In this document: positions 50,857 to 59,336 of the stretch, in pieces
Layout of the letters: the number at the start of each line of letters is the position of its first letter
Position numbering within the stretch: the first letter of the stretch is position 1
IMG/VR virus record: IMGVR_UViG_3300034095_000254
Length of the DNA: 64,000 bases
Origin: a virus
Strand: one strand, 5' to 3'
Notes under the pieces: model-generated
Told to the model about the DNA's origin: nothing
The model's database searches: none
Seen by the model: only the letters and a program-made list of their open reading frames with translations
Position numbers and translations under genes: made by a program

Positions 50857-51747
50857 TTAAGCAGTCAACATGTAAGTAGCAAGGTCTTTCCACTCTTTGT
50901 TGCTGGCACGAATCTTTGCAACAGCAATAAGGGTACGGAGGGAGATCTCGGAACACTCGTTCTTGATGGTACGAATCAGACCAAGAGCATCACTCTTAAT
51001 AGTAGCATCGTACTCTGGGAGGAACTCATCACTCTTTGCAATAAACTCCATGCGGTCGATCTTCTGGTCTAGAGACATGCTTAGATCGATCATCATAGAG
51101 CGACTACGGATGGCTTGGTCGATCTTGTCCTGTACCATGTTAGAGATGAAAATCACACGACCAGTAAAGTCGAAACTGCGTGGAAGGTCATCATCCTTCA
51201 TGTCAGCATTCCAGCTAATGATTCTTTTACCGTAAGAGTCCAAAGCACCTTTAAGCAAGTTTAATGCAACAGGGTCACGAAGAACAGCATCACAGTCATC
51301 AAACACGATGATGGATTTGTTGTTTTCGAAGAGAGTACGATACAAACCCTTGGCAGTAGAGTAACCCTTAACCATGGTGAAACACTTGCGTGTATTAATC
51401 ACCGAACCAACTTGGAATTCAGCCAAATCAGAAATGTCTTTGTAGCCATGCGCTTCCAGCGTCTTAGTGACTGTATAAGTCTTGCCCAAACCACCTTCAC
51501 CAGTAATAACAGCACTAGGCTGAACACCAGTAGCAACCATCGTGACCAATTTCTCAACGAAACCGAAACGAGTGTTAATGTCATATTTGGATTGTTTTTC
51601 AGCAACAGCAGCGATATGGACTTCCATGTCACCCACCATTGCTTGCACCTTGCGCTCCACATATTTCTTAGAGTAAGATTTGATAGTCTTAGAACCCACT
51701 TTAGCGATGTAGTTGGTTCCGTCGAAGGTGATATTTGCTGTAGTCAT
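50857..51747 (-). CDS. P-loop (AAA-like) ATPase
   Basis: Walker A GEGGLGKT, Walker B IVFDDCD, IFISN, AIRSR. Confidence 0.88.
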   Translation of the reverse strand: MTTANITFDGTNYIAKVGSKTIKSYSKKYVERKVQAMVGDMEVHIAAVAEKQSKYDINTRFGFVEKLVTMVATGVQPSAVITGEGGLGKTYTVTKTLEAHGYKDISDLAEFQVGSVINTRKCFTMVKGYSTAKGLYRTLFENNKSIIVFDDCDAVLRDPVALNLLKGALDSYGKRIISWNADMKDDDLPRSFDFTGRVIFISNMVQDKIDQAIRSRSMMIDLSMSLDQKIDRMEFIAKSDEFLPEYDATIKSDALGLIRTIKNECSEISLRTLIAVAKIRASNKEWKDLATYMLTA

Positions 51748-51990
51748 AATTAAGTCCTTTTCTCGATTCAATAAGAGAATTATCCCCTAAATCGGAATTA
51801 ACGACAACAACTTTATGGAATACCCTTACAGACTAAAGGGTTATTACCCAGACTCGTCGTCTCTCGAATAACCCTTAGTTAGTGTTTACTTACTTGTCTC
51901 TCTGTCTCTATCTCTACTCTCGATCAACCCTAACACCGTAAGTATACCGCATCGTCAAGTATAAATCAAATCTAAATTGCAAGTTGCAAA

Positions 51991-52284
51991 CTAGACTTCT
52001 TCCCACAGGTCGCCATCCTGAACAAACCGACCAGTACCCATATTATCCCTAATAGGTGCGACAGGGTCAGGTGTCTTATTAGCACCGAGACTAGTGAAGG
52101 AATGGACTTGTGCTTCTGCTTTCTCATCACCACTAGTGAGCCATGCCGACTTAGCATCACCGATTTTCTTCTTGGTTTCTGGAGTATGTTTCTTCTGGTT
52201 GCCACACGAGCGACTACAGAACTCACCACGCTTGTTGTGCACAGCGTTACACTTAGGACATGTTTTTGATTTGTATCCCATCAC
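51991..52284 (-). CDS. Zn-finger/NUMOD3-like small protein
   Basis: CPKC...FCSRSC, KHTPETKKKIG. Confidence 0.65.
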   Translation of the reverse strand: MMGYKSKTCPKCNAVHNKRGEFCSRSCGNQKKHTPETKKKIGDAKSAWLTSGDEKAEAQVHSFTSLGANKTPDPVAPIRDNMGTGRFVQDGDLWEEV

Positions 52285-53891
52285 TCGCCTTTGTATTCAC
52301 TGAAACTGTGTATTTCTGGAATATCTGTCCACCATGCATCATTCACTCACTGGCATCTTACTCATTAGTGTAGCCAGCATCTCCATGGCTTTCTCTAACT
52401 GGTCATCCGAGTGTTTCAGTCTCTCTTCTAGAAACTTAATGTATTCTTCTTGGTTCATACAATATCCTTAGTTGGCTTCCATTCATCCCATGGGCATCTC
52501 TCTGTATACTCATAGTTTCGTTTCTTATCGAATTCCTCTGCTTCTTCCAGTGTAGCGAGTTCATAGCCCTTTTCATCCCAATACTCACACTCACATACAT
52601 AACGACCTGCATTATGAGAGGCATTTCTTAGAAAGCCATGTGGAGCCATTGGATGAGGATTACATTCTTTCTCTACCATGACGACTCATCCACGATTACC
52701 AGTAATTAGATCTTGGTCACTAGGAACAAAGTCACAGTGCCCACCAAGTTTATTGATGAAGTCATCGTGTAATTCCTCTGGAAGCCAAAAACGAGTACGA
52801 TTTAGATGTGGCTCAAAGGTTAGATTATTCTCTTTGATATAGTTGATCACAGAGCCAAAGTGAGGTGATTTAGTGAGTATTGCGTAGTGATGGGTTACCA
52901 TGATGATTCGTCCACGATTTGTTTGATTATGATTACTGGATCTTCGTTGATCACAGTGCGGATTGATGCTGAGACTAAAATTCCGATTCCCGAGGAAGAA
53001 TCACAAGAGACAGTAATATAGTCGGAGTCGGGATATTTGTTTGCGAACTCAAGAATTGCGTTGAGGTCGTCTTTATGGAGGATTACTTCTTGTGTCATTG
53101 TAGTTCGTTTATCATTGCTCGTTGATTGGCGATTACTGTCTCTAGTTCAGTGACTCGTTTAGTTAGTCGAGCGATTTCTGTCTCATAGGTTGCTAGTTTC
53201 TCTCCCATTGCTAGGATTGCTTTTGTTTCTTTGGCTTCATTTGTTTCCATATTTCCATTCCTTTGCTGTGGTTTCATCGTCAAAATAAGGTGATACAACT
53301 CGACCATCGATAGTCCAGAAGTATGTATAGGTATTCATTCCTGCATCTCTGTAGCGAATGAGTTTAGGTTCACTTGGAGTCTTTGTCATCTTTCTCACCT
53401 GCAGCCATGGGAATATCGATCAATACGAACTTGAAGAATTGAACAATTATACTAATCGGAAGCACTATGAATATAGTAAATATCCCCGATAACCACTGCA
53501 TTATAGCACTGCCAGTTTTCTCTTGCATTCTTCTATCTCATCCTTTAGTTTCAGCTTCTTTTTCTTTAGATTATGACACTCGATTGATTCATCATAGAGA
53601 CAGTCGAGTTCCCAGATTTCCTTATCCAATATATCGTGTTTCTCTTGGAGATGTTTGATATGGTTTTCTAGTTTCTCTTTTGTAATCATCGTAGTAGCCA
53701 GTTTCCGTTAAGATTGTCACAGTACTCCGCATATTCCCTTTGGAGCATCTCATCGAATTCTTTCTTATAGTCTACATTATGCAGACGATCGAATGCCTTT
53801 AGTTTTTCTCCCTGATATTGTGGAGCAATATTACCCTTCCATTCCTCGAATGATAGTGGTTTCTTTGGCTCCATCTGATAGTCTTTAATGT

Positions 53892-54293
53892 TCATCGTGC
53901 TCTCTCCCCTAGTTCTTTATATCCTGCCCATGATGGGTGGATATTATCTTTCTGCATACGATCTGTTCTTAGGATAATATCATTATGCTCATTCGCCACA
54001 TGCCAGACTGCTGACTGTGCCTTTGGAAACTTATCGCTTGGCATGATCCAATAGACTCGTTGTGCACTGGTTAGTTTACGAATAGTTCGTAGTTCTTCCT
54101 CAGTGTCCTTGACGAACGCATCGTTTGAACCAAGAGAGATGATGACATGATCCGCAATGAGTGGTGTATTCTGAATGTTTTTGTTTATCCACTGGTGCGA
54201 GTTAATTCCACCCTTAACGAAGGCAACGCATTCTTTTCTTACATTGGCGATTCCCACTCCAATTGAATCACCTGCTATGATACATTCAAACAT
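53892..54293 (-). CDS. SGNH/GDSL hydrolase-like protein
   Basis: GDSIG, SLGSND, DNIHP. Confidence 0.85.
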   Translation of the reverse strand: MFECIIAGDSIGVGIANVRKECVAFVKGGINSHQWINKNIQNTPLIADHVIISLGSNDAFVKDTEEELRTIRKLTSAQRVYWIMPSDKFPKAQSAVWHVANEHNDIILRTDRMQKDNIHPSWAGYKELGERAR

Positions 54294-54308
54294 ATTATCC
54301 TTAATGTG

Positions 54309-54331
54309 AAAAATCCCACATAAGTGGGATT
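54309..54331 (-). terminator. Intrinsic terminator after the tRNA region
   Basis: AATCCCAC-TTAT-GTGGGATT followed by T run on the minus strand. Confidence 0.65.
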
Positions 54332-54555
54332 GAGTTTATCTACCTCGACCAGCAGACTTTTTCATGGGCTTCTGTGCCAGATTAGTCACTGCCTTATTGA
54401 CTGCCTTACCAGCTTCTCTACGACCAAATCCTTGGCTTTGCAGAGTATGCTTGGCTTTCTTCTTGGCTCGTTTAAGTAGTTTCTTTTGTTCCCACTGCTC
54501 TTTAAAGGTTAGTGGTACTGGTGTAATTTGTTCTGTCATAATATCTCCATATTGT

Positions 54556-54631
54556 TGGAGCGGGATATCAGGTTCGAACTGACGACCTTAACTTTGGCAA
54601 AGTTACGCTCTACCAACTGAGCTAATCCCGC
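54556..54631 (-). tRNA. tRNA-Gly(GCC)
   Basis: Cloverleaf, loop TTGCCAA, CCA encoded; own TTGACA-17-TATAAT promoter at 54645-54673. Confidence 0.95.
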
Positions 54632-54674
54632 ACTCTTACTACTTATTATACAATAATAAACCCTGCATGTCAAA

Positions 54675-55151
54675 TTATGCTGCACGCATGTAAGACTTGT
54701 ATCTGTCTGCAGCGTAGGATGCTGCAAATGCGTTTGGCTTTACGAATGGAACTACATTGCACATACCTTTAATGTAACCAACTGCTTCGTTGATTACGCA
54801 AGATGAACCATGCATTTCGTCTGGGTTAATATCCAGATGCACTTGGACTTCTCTGTCCTCTAACACATCATGCAGTTTTAGGTATAGGTCTGCAATCTTA
54901 TAAACCTCATTCATCAATCGCATTCTTGGCTTATCTTTCTTCTGGTCGTAGCATCTCTCACGAGAGACTTCACCGAAGATTTTACAACCATTATTACCAT
55001 TGATATGAACAACAATCACTAAGATGTAATCAGCGTAGAATTCATTTCCGATATTAAATCGTTCAGAGTCACCACCGATATAAATCTTTGATTCAGGACT
55101 CTGTGCCATGATAAAGTCTTTCACTTCATCAATGTCAATATCTTTACGCAT
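54675..55151 (-). CDS. RNase H-like YkuK-family protein
   Basis: IYIGGDS, RMRLMNEV, VHLDIN, KPNAFAASYAAD. Confidence 0.8.
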   Translation of the reverse strand: MRKDIDIDEVKDFIMAQSPESKIYIGGDSERFNIGNEFYADYILVIVVHINGNNGCKIFGEVSRERCYDQKKDKPRMRLMNEVYKIADLYLKLHDVLEDREVQVHLDINPDEMHGSSCVINEAVGYIKGMCNVVPFVKPNAFAASYAADRYKSYMRAA

Positions 55152-55170
55152 TATACACCTCTATCTTAAA

Positions 55171-55244
55171 TGGAGCGGAGTGAGAGAATCGAACTCTCAA
55201 CGGAAGATTGGAAATCTACAGTTTTACCATTAAACTAACCCCGC
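55171..55244 (-). tRNA. tRNA-Gly(TCC)
   Basis: Loop TTTCCAA, U73, CCA. Confidence 0.93.
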
Positions 55245-55247
55245 ACT

Positions 55248-55321
55248 TGGCGTCCCGATAGGGACTCGAACCCCAACCAATGGTTTTGGAGACCATTATG
55301 CTGCCATTACACCATCGAGAC
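55248..55321 (-). tRNA. tRNA-Trp(CCA)
   Basis: Loop CTCCAAA, G73. Confidence 0.93.
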
Positions 55322-55322
55322 A

Positions 55323-55529
55323 TTATCTTTCTATACCCAACGCTTTATCAATAGCGTCACACATTTCCTTTGGTGCTGCTCTACACGAACACCAACTGAA
55401 TTTTCTACCACATACATCACAGAATGTTCGCTTCTCTCCAAAGATTGTATCAAACTTATCATCGAATTCATTCTTTGGTATAGCGAATGGTCTAGGACTA
55501 CTACCTTTACCACCATCACTCATTGCCAT
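55323..55529 (-). CDS. Small hypothetical protein within the tRNA array
   Basis: AGGAG RBS; SDGGKGSSPRP, CDVC..CSC. Confidence 0.7.
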   Translation of the reverse strand: MAMSDGGKGSSPRPFAIPKNEFDDKFDTIFGEKRTFCDVCGRKFSWCSCRAAPKEMCDAIDKALGIER

Positions 55530-55544
55530 TACTAACTCCTAATT

Positions 55545-55618
55545 TGGTGCTCCGTGAGAGAATCGAACTCCCAATTGATGATTACTAATCAACTGTTATA
55601 CCATTTAACTAACAGAGC
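55545..55618 (-). tRNA. tRNA-Thr(AGT)
   Basis: Loop TTAGTAA; G1-C72 and C2-G71. Confidence 0.88.
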
Positions 55619-55620
55619 AT

Positions 55621-55695
55621 TGGTGGAGGATGGGAGGATCGAACTCCCACTTCATGCTTGCAAAGCACATGTGCTCCCATTATCACTAATCCCCC
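55621..55695 (-). tRNA. tRNA-Ala(TGC)
   Basis: Loop TTTGCAA; G3:U70. Confidence 0.95.
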
Positions 55696-55700
55696 AATAC

Positions 55701-55776
55701 TGGCTCCACAGGGTGGGCTCGAACCACCGACCAAATGATTAACAGTCATCTACTCTACCGACTGAGCTACTGCGGA
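55701..55776 (-). tRNA. tRNA-Asn(GTT)
   Basis: Loop CTGTTAA; G73. Confidence 0.95.
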
Positions 55777-55782
55777 ATAATC

Positions 55783-56019
55783 TTAATACAATCTATCAGG
55801 CATTGACTGCTGTGCTAGTTTCTTCTTCCAGCGTTTCTTTGCAGCACTCTTTGCCATTTTTCTTTTCGTGGTTGGTTTAATGTATGCTTGTCTTTCTCTG
55901 ATATCCATTAACAATCCACTTTCTTCTATGTTCTTTTTGAATTGTCTGAATGCTTTCTCAAACTTACCTTCTTCAACCACAACAACACTACCAAATTCTT
56001 TAACTTTCTTACCTTTCAT
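55783..56019 (-). CDS. rpsU: Ribosomal protein bS21 (start ATG 56019 or TTG 56028)
   Basis: FEKAFRQFKK..EESGLLMDIRERQAYIKPTTKRKMAKSAAKKR. Confidence 0.88.
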   Translation of the reverse strand: MKGKKVKEFGSVVVVEEGKFEKAFRQFKKNIEESGLLMDIRERQAYIKPTTKRKMAKSAAKKRWKKKLAQQSMPDRLY

Positions 56020-56052
56020 GTTTCTCAACAGTTGTCTCCTAGTTATTTTATC

Positions 56053-56126
56053 TGGTGCCCCATGACAGAATCGAACTGCCATTACCTGATTACAAAACAG
56101 GTGTTCTACCATTTAACTAATAGGGC
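56053..56126 (-). tRNA. tRNA-Thr(TGT)
   Basis: Loop TTTGTAA; CCA. Confidence 0.93.
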
Positions 56127-56766
56127 ATAACTCATTTACAAAATCTAATAACAATGTATGATGTCTTCCATCATTCCAATGTTTGTTTATGTATTGCCAT
56201 GGTTTCTCATACCAATACAAAGGTGCTTCTGGATGGCAACCTATCAATCCTATTCTTCCTTGTATGATTGCCATTGGATCACCATTGGCATATCGTGCGA
56301 TTGTTTTGAATTTATCTTCTTCACCAATTAGTGCACAACCATCATAAAAGTACATTTGTTCTTTTGTGTCATTCCATTCTATCTCAGTCACTGTTCCATA
56401 ACTTCTACGAACAGTGGCATTTGGTCTCTTTATGTACTGAACTGGACTGACATCAGTAAGTATATCGAAATACCTGCTTCCAGCCCAATAAGCACCCATG
56501 CAGATGCCAAGATAGTGACCACCACCATCCAAGAATCTGGCGATTCGATTCGCTCTTGTTCTAGTGAAGAAATTAGGATAACTGTCGCTATCACCAATAC
56601 CACCAGGAAAAGCAATAATGTCAATATTGTCAAAGAAATTATCATCATCTAATTCCTTCTCAGTAAAAATTCTTATCTGATACTCTGACGATAACGAATG
56701 TACCATCGCAAATGCACAGTCTTCTGAGCACTCAGGATGATGCAAGTATAATGCCATTCGTTTCAT
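56113..56766 (-). CDS. BPL_N/class I glutamine amidotransferase-like protein
   Basis: FPGG, YLGICMGAY, GCHPE. Confidence 0.85.
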   Translation of the reverse strand: MKRMALYLHHPECSEDCAFAMVHSLSSEYQIRIFTEKELDDDNFFDNIDIIAFPGGIGDSDSYPNFFTRTRANRIARFLDGGGHYLGICMGAYWAGSRYFDILTDVSPVQYIKRPNATVRRSYGTVTEIEWNDTKEQMYFYDGCALIGEEDKFKTIARYANGDPMAIIQGRIGLIGCHPEAPLYWYEKPWQYINKHWNDGRHHTLLLDFVNELCPIS

Positions 56767-56782
56767 ACATTTCTACTTATCT

Positions 56783-56856
56783 TGGTCTCGAGTGGAAGAA
56801 TCGAACTTCCGACACATGCTCCCAAAGCACGAATTTTACCATTAAACTAACCCGAG
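56783..56856 (-). tRNA. tRNA-Pro(TGG)
   Basis: Loop TTTGGGA; C1-G72. Confidence 0.93.
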
Positions 56857-56863
56857 AAAACTT

Positions 56864-56938
56864 TGGTGGTGATGAGTGGAATCGAGCCACTAACCTACTC
56901 CGTATGAAGGAGTTGCACTACCGTTGTGCTACATCACC
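56864..56938 (-). tRNA. tRNA-Met(CAT), probably elongator
   Basis: Loop TTCATAC; G1-C72; variant T-loop (CTCGATT). Confidence 0.8.
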
Positions 56939-56940
56939 AT

Positions 56941-57024
56941 TGGTGCGCAAGGAGAGACTCGAACTCTCAATCCTTTCGGCACGAGTTTCTAAGACTCGCA
57001 TGTATACCATTCCACCACTTGCGC
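56941..57024 (-). tRNA. tRNA-Leu(TAG)
   Basis: Loop CTTAGAA; long variable arm. Confidence 0.95.
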
Positions 57025-57027
57025 ATT

Positions 57028-57104
57028 TGGTTGCAGTGGTTGGATTCGAACCAACGATTTCATGGCTTATGAGACCAGACGGATGACCACTTCCATACAC
57101 TGCG
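57028..57104 (-). tRNA. Initiator-type tRNA-fMet(CAT)
   Basis: C1.A72 mismatch; loop CTCATAA. Confidence 0.82.
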
Positions 57105-57189
57105 ATAATAAATTTGTGGCAGGTGAGGTATCTAGTCAGGATGCACCCCAACTTGCCCATTCTCCTTTTGCTTTCCTTACCACAAAACT

Positions 57190-57264
57190 TGGCGACTCGT
57201 GGGAGAATCGAACTCCCATAAGCGGATAGACAATCCGCTGTAATGACCATTATACTAACGAGCC
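57190..57264 (-). tRNA. tRNA-Asp(GTC)
   Basis: Loop TTGTCTA; G73. Confidence 0.92.
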
Positions 57265-57271
57265 TAAAAAC

Positions 57272-57364
57272 TGGTGGAGCAACTTGGAGTCGAACCAAGA
57301 TTGTTTACCCAGAGGGATCAGATTTACAGTCTGAGGATGCACACGCCATAGCATCAATTGCTCC
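57272..57364 (-). tRNA. tRNA-Tyr(GTA)
   Basis: Loop CTGTAAA; long variable arm; enlarged D-arm. Confidence 0.9.
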
Positions 57365-57369
57365 AATGA

Positions 57370-57516
57370 TATTAGTTTAGTGTTATCGTGCCAATTTGTC
57401 AACAATGTAGCTAGCACTGACAAGCGAATAACAGTTATATCAGACAGTGTCGGTCGCACCCTTACTGTCGAGTAGTGATTGATCAGACCACATACCTTGA
57501 TAACACTAAACTAATA
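57370..57516 (-). ncRNA. Putative structured ncRNA A
   Basis: Perfect 18-bp terminal inverted repeat; fills the gap next to tRNA-Tyr. Confidence 0.55.
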
Positions 57517-57520
57517 CCAC

Positions 57521-57747
57521 ATTTAATTACACTGGGTGTTTGACAGAATAAACAGTTTTGAACCTGCCCTACCATGCCGTCCATGGACTTGTCTGTCGCA
57601 CACATTACATTCCAAGTTGTTCCAGCGTGACTACTGATCGAAGCCTATGCTGATTTCCATCTTTCGTGTAACTCAGAAGTGCCAGTCCGTCAACTGGTTA
57701 CTCACTATCTGAATTACCTACTGGCTTGGTAACCAATGTAATTAAAT
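57521..57747 (-). ncRNA. Putative structured ncRNA B
   Basis: 15-bp terminal helix with one G.U pair on the minus strand; internal T-arm-like GCAGGTTCAAAACTGT. Confidence 0.55.
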
Positions 57748-57748
57748 C

Positions 57749-57823
57749 TGGTACACTGTAGGAGAATCGAACTCCTCTTATGCGGATGAAAACCGCATGT
57801 CCTAACCGATAGACGAACAGTGC
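57749..57823 (-). tRNA. tRNA-Glu(TTC)
   Basis: Loop TTTTCAT. Confidence 0.93.
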
Positions 57824-57957
57824 ATAGTGGTAGTTTTTATCAAGAACTACCAAACTTGCTTGCATGGGAGATTGTAGGCGAGTTGCAACAATCAAGCCAT
57901 CCCTGCCACACACTGCGTATTTACCGCAGATTTAGAGTGGACTTTTGAAGAACAACT

Positions 57958-57986
57958 ATTATACATCAAAACTTCTTACAAGTCAA
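57958..57986 (-). promoter_or_regulatory. Internal sigma70 promoter of the tRNA array
   Basis: TTGACT-17-TATAAT followed by boxA-like TGTTCTTCAAAA; a near-identical promoter is at 58248-58276. Confidence 0.8.
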
Positions 57987-57994
57987 CAACTATC

Positions 57995-58068
57995 TGGAGT
58001 AGGTGGTGAGAATCGAACTCACTTCCATGGGGTTGCAATCCAGTGCCTGTCCAACTGGCTCCACCTAC
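57995..58068 (-). tRNA. tRNA-Cys(GCA)
   Basis: Loop TTGCAAC; U73. Confidence 0.88.
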
Positions 58069-58077
58069 ATTTATCTC

Positions 58078-58152
58078 TGGCACGGCATGGAGGAATCGAA
58101 CCACCATTCTGGCTTTAGAAGAACCATGTCCTATCCGTTGAACGAATGCCGT
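58078..58152 (-). tRNA. tRNA-Arg(TCT)
   Basis: Loop CTTCTAA. Confidence 0.93.
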
Positions 58153-58154
58153 AT

Positions 58155-58238
58155 TGGTACGAGTGGAGGGACTTGAACCCTCAATCAATTAAGCGTCAGA
58201 TTTTAAGTCTGATGTGTATACCATTCCACCACACTCGC
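58155..58238 (-). tRNA. tRNA-Leu(TAA)
   Basis: Loop CTTAAAA; variable arm. Confidence 0.95.
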
Positions 58239-58276
58239 AATAACTCTATTATACATCAAACAATCTTGCAAGTCAA

Positions 58277-58351
58277 TGGTGGGCTGACTGTGAATTGAAC
58301 ACAGACTCAATGAATTATGAGTTCACTGCTTTACCATTAAGCTACCAGCCC
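58277..58351 (-). tRNA. tRNA(CAT), probably Ile2 (lysidine)
   Basis: GGGC start and ACTCATAAT arm typical of Ile2; third CAT tRNA in the array. Confidence 0.75.
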
Positions 58352-58356
58352 ATGTT

Positions 58357-58443
58357 TGGCGGAAGATACAGGAATCGAACCTGTCAGCCCATTTCTGAAC
58401 GGAAGTTTAGCAAACTTCTGTCGCACCTTGCAACGCATCTTCC
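58357..58443 (-). tRNA. tRNA-Ser(GCT)
   Basis: Loop TTGCTAA; variable arm; G73. Confidence 0.9.
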
Positions 58444-58580
58444 AATTCTTTAATCCTATTTGCTGCTTCTTCTAGCAAATCCGATATTCTATCAGGCTTA
58501 CCTTCTTGAACAGATTTTCTACTTTGTATTTGTCTACGAATTTCAGCACGCTTTTGTAAACGATAAACTAAATCATCCAT
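58407..58580 (-). CDS. 57-aa hypothetical protein whose 3' end overlaps tRNA-Ser(GCT)
   Basis: AAGGAG RBS; MDDLVYRLQKRAEIRRQI...DLLEEAA. Confidence 0.7.
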   Translation of the reverse strand: MDDLVYRLQKRAEIRRQIQSRKSVQEGKPDRISDLLEEAANRIKELEDALQGATEVC

Positions 58581-58598
58581 AACATTCTCCTTATATTT

Positions 58599-58673
58599 TG
58601 GTGCGCCATGATGGAATCGAACCACCATCCTGAGTTTCGAAGACTCTAATTCTATCCGTTGAACTAATGACGC
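58599..58673 (-). tRNA. tRNA-Arg(TCG)
   Basis: Loop CTTCGAA. Confidence 0.9.
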
Positions 58674-58679
58674 AAAACT

Positions 58680-58754
58680 TGGTACCTCGTGACAGATTCG
58701 AACTGCCGACCTTCTCCGTGTAAAGGAGACATTCTACCACTGAAATAACGAGGC
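58680..58754 (-). tRNA. tRNA-Val(TAC)
   Basis: Loop TTTACAC. Confidence 0.94.
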
Positions 58755-58762
58755 ACATAATA

Positions 58763-58854
58763 TGGCGGAAGACAGAGGAGTCGAACCCCATCCGATTTCT
58801 CAGAACCCAGTTTTCAAGGCTGGTCGCAGGACCAACCCCGCTGCATTATCTTCC
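58763..58854 (-). tRNA. tRNA-Ser(TGA)
   Basis: Loop CTTGAAA; variable arm; enlarged D-arm. Confidence 0.88.
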
Positions 58855-58861
58855 ATAACTT

Positions 58862-58936
58862 TGGTTGCCAATAGTGGTAACGATCCACTCACCTATCGCT
58901 TATCAAGCGATTGCTCTACCTCTGAGCTAATTGGCA
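58862..58936 (-). tRNA. tRNA-Ile(GAT)
   Basis: Loop TTGATAA; variant T-loop ATCGTTA. Confidence 0.88.
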
Positions 58937-58943
58937 ATAATCT

Positions 58944-59019
58944 TGGTGCTGCCTAGTAGAATCGAACTACTTTCCGAGGATCTTCAATCCCCTGCTATGA
59001 CCACATCAGCTAAAGCAGC
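58944..59019 (-). tRNA. tRNA-Phe(GAA)
   Basis: Loop TTGAAGA. Confidence 0.92.
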
Positions 59020-59029
59020 AAGTATTCTT

Positions 59030-59104
59030 TGGGGTGTCGTATGAGAATTGAACTCATGATGACGGAATCACAATCCGTAGTTTTACCACTAAACTAACAA
59101 CACC
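59030..59104 (-). tRNA. tRNA-His(GTG)
   Basis: Loop TTGTGAT; G-1:C73. Confidence 0.93.
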
Positions 59105-59109
59105 ATAAT

Positions 59110-59183
59110 TGGTAGGAGCACAGAGAATTGAACTCTGGTTAATAGGTTAAAAGCCTACTACTTTACCACTAAGTTATACTCCC
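59110..59183 (-). tRNA. tRNA-Lys(TTT)
   Basis: Loop CTTTTAA. Confidence 0.93.
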
Positions 59184-59249
59184 AAACAGATGCGCACTAC
59201 ATGGACATGAGCCCACTAGTCACCTTTTGAGTTAGAGTGCGCATTTGTT

Positions 59250-59323
59250 TGGCAGGGGATACAAGAATCGAACTTGTAATCTCGGAATCAAAATCCGATG
59301 TTATACCACTTAACTAATCCCCA
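59250..59323 (-). tRNA. tRNA-Gln(TTG)
   Basis: Loop TTTTGAT; U1-A72, G73. Confidence 0.93.
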
Positions 59324-59336
59324 ACAGAATCCCGAA

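Noticed and set aside
51890-51925. Pyrimidine-rich TCTC tract as an origin or microsatellite
   Set aside because: Short and imperfect, with no supporting iterons or other evidence.
55554-58956. ORF-track entries spanning tRNAs (e.g. 56712-57086, 56918-57298, 57250-57459, 57976-58188, 58591-58791)
   Set aside because: Chance frames over tRNA or structured RNA sequence with no RBS.
54556-59323. Stop-codon reassignment or suppressor tRNA
   Set aside because: No CTA, TTA or TCA anticodon among the 27 tRNAs, and core genes are intact in the standard code.
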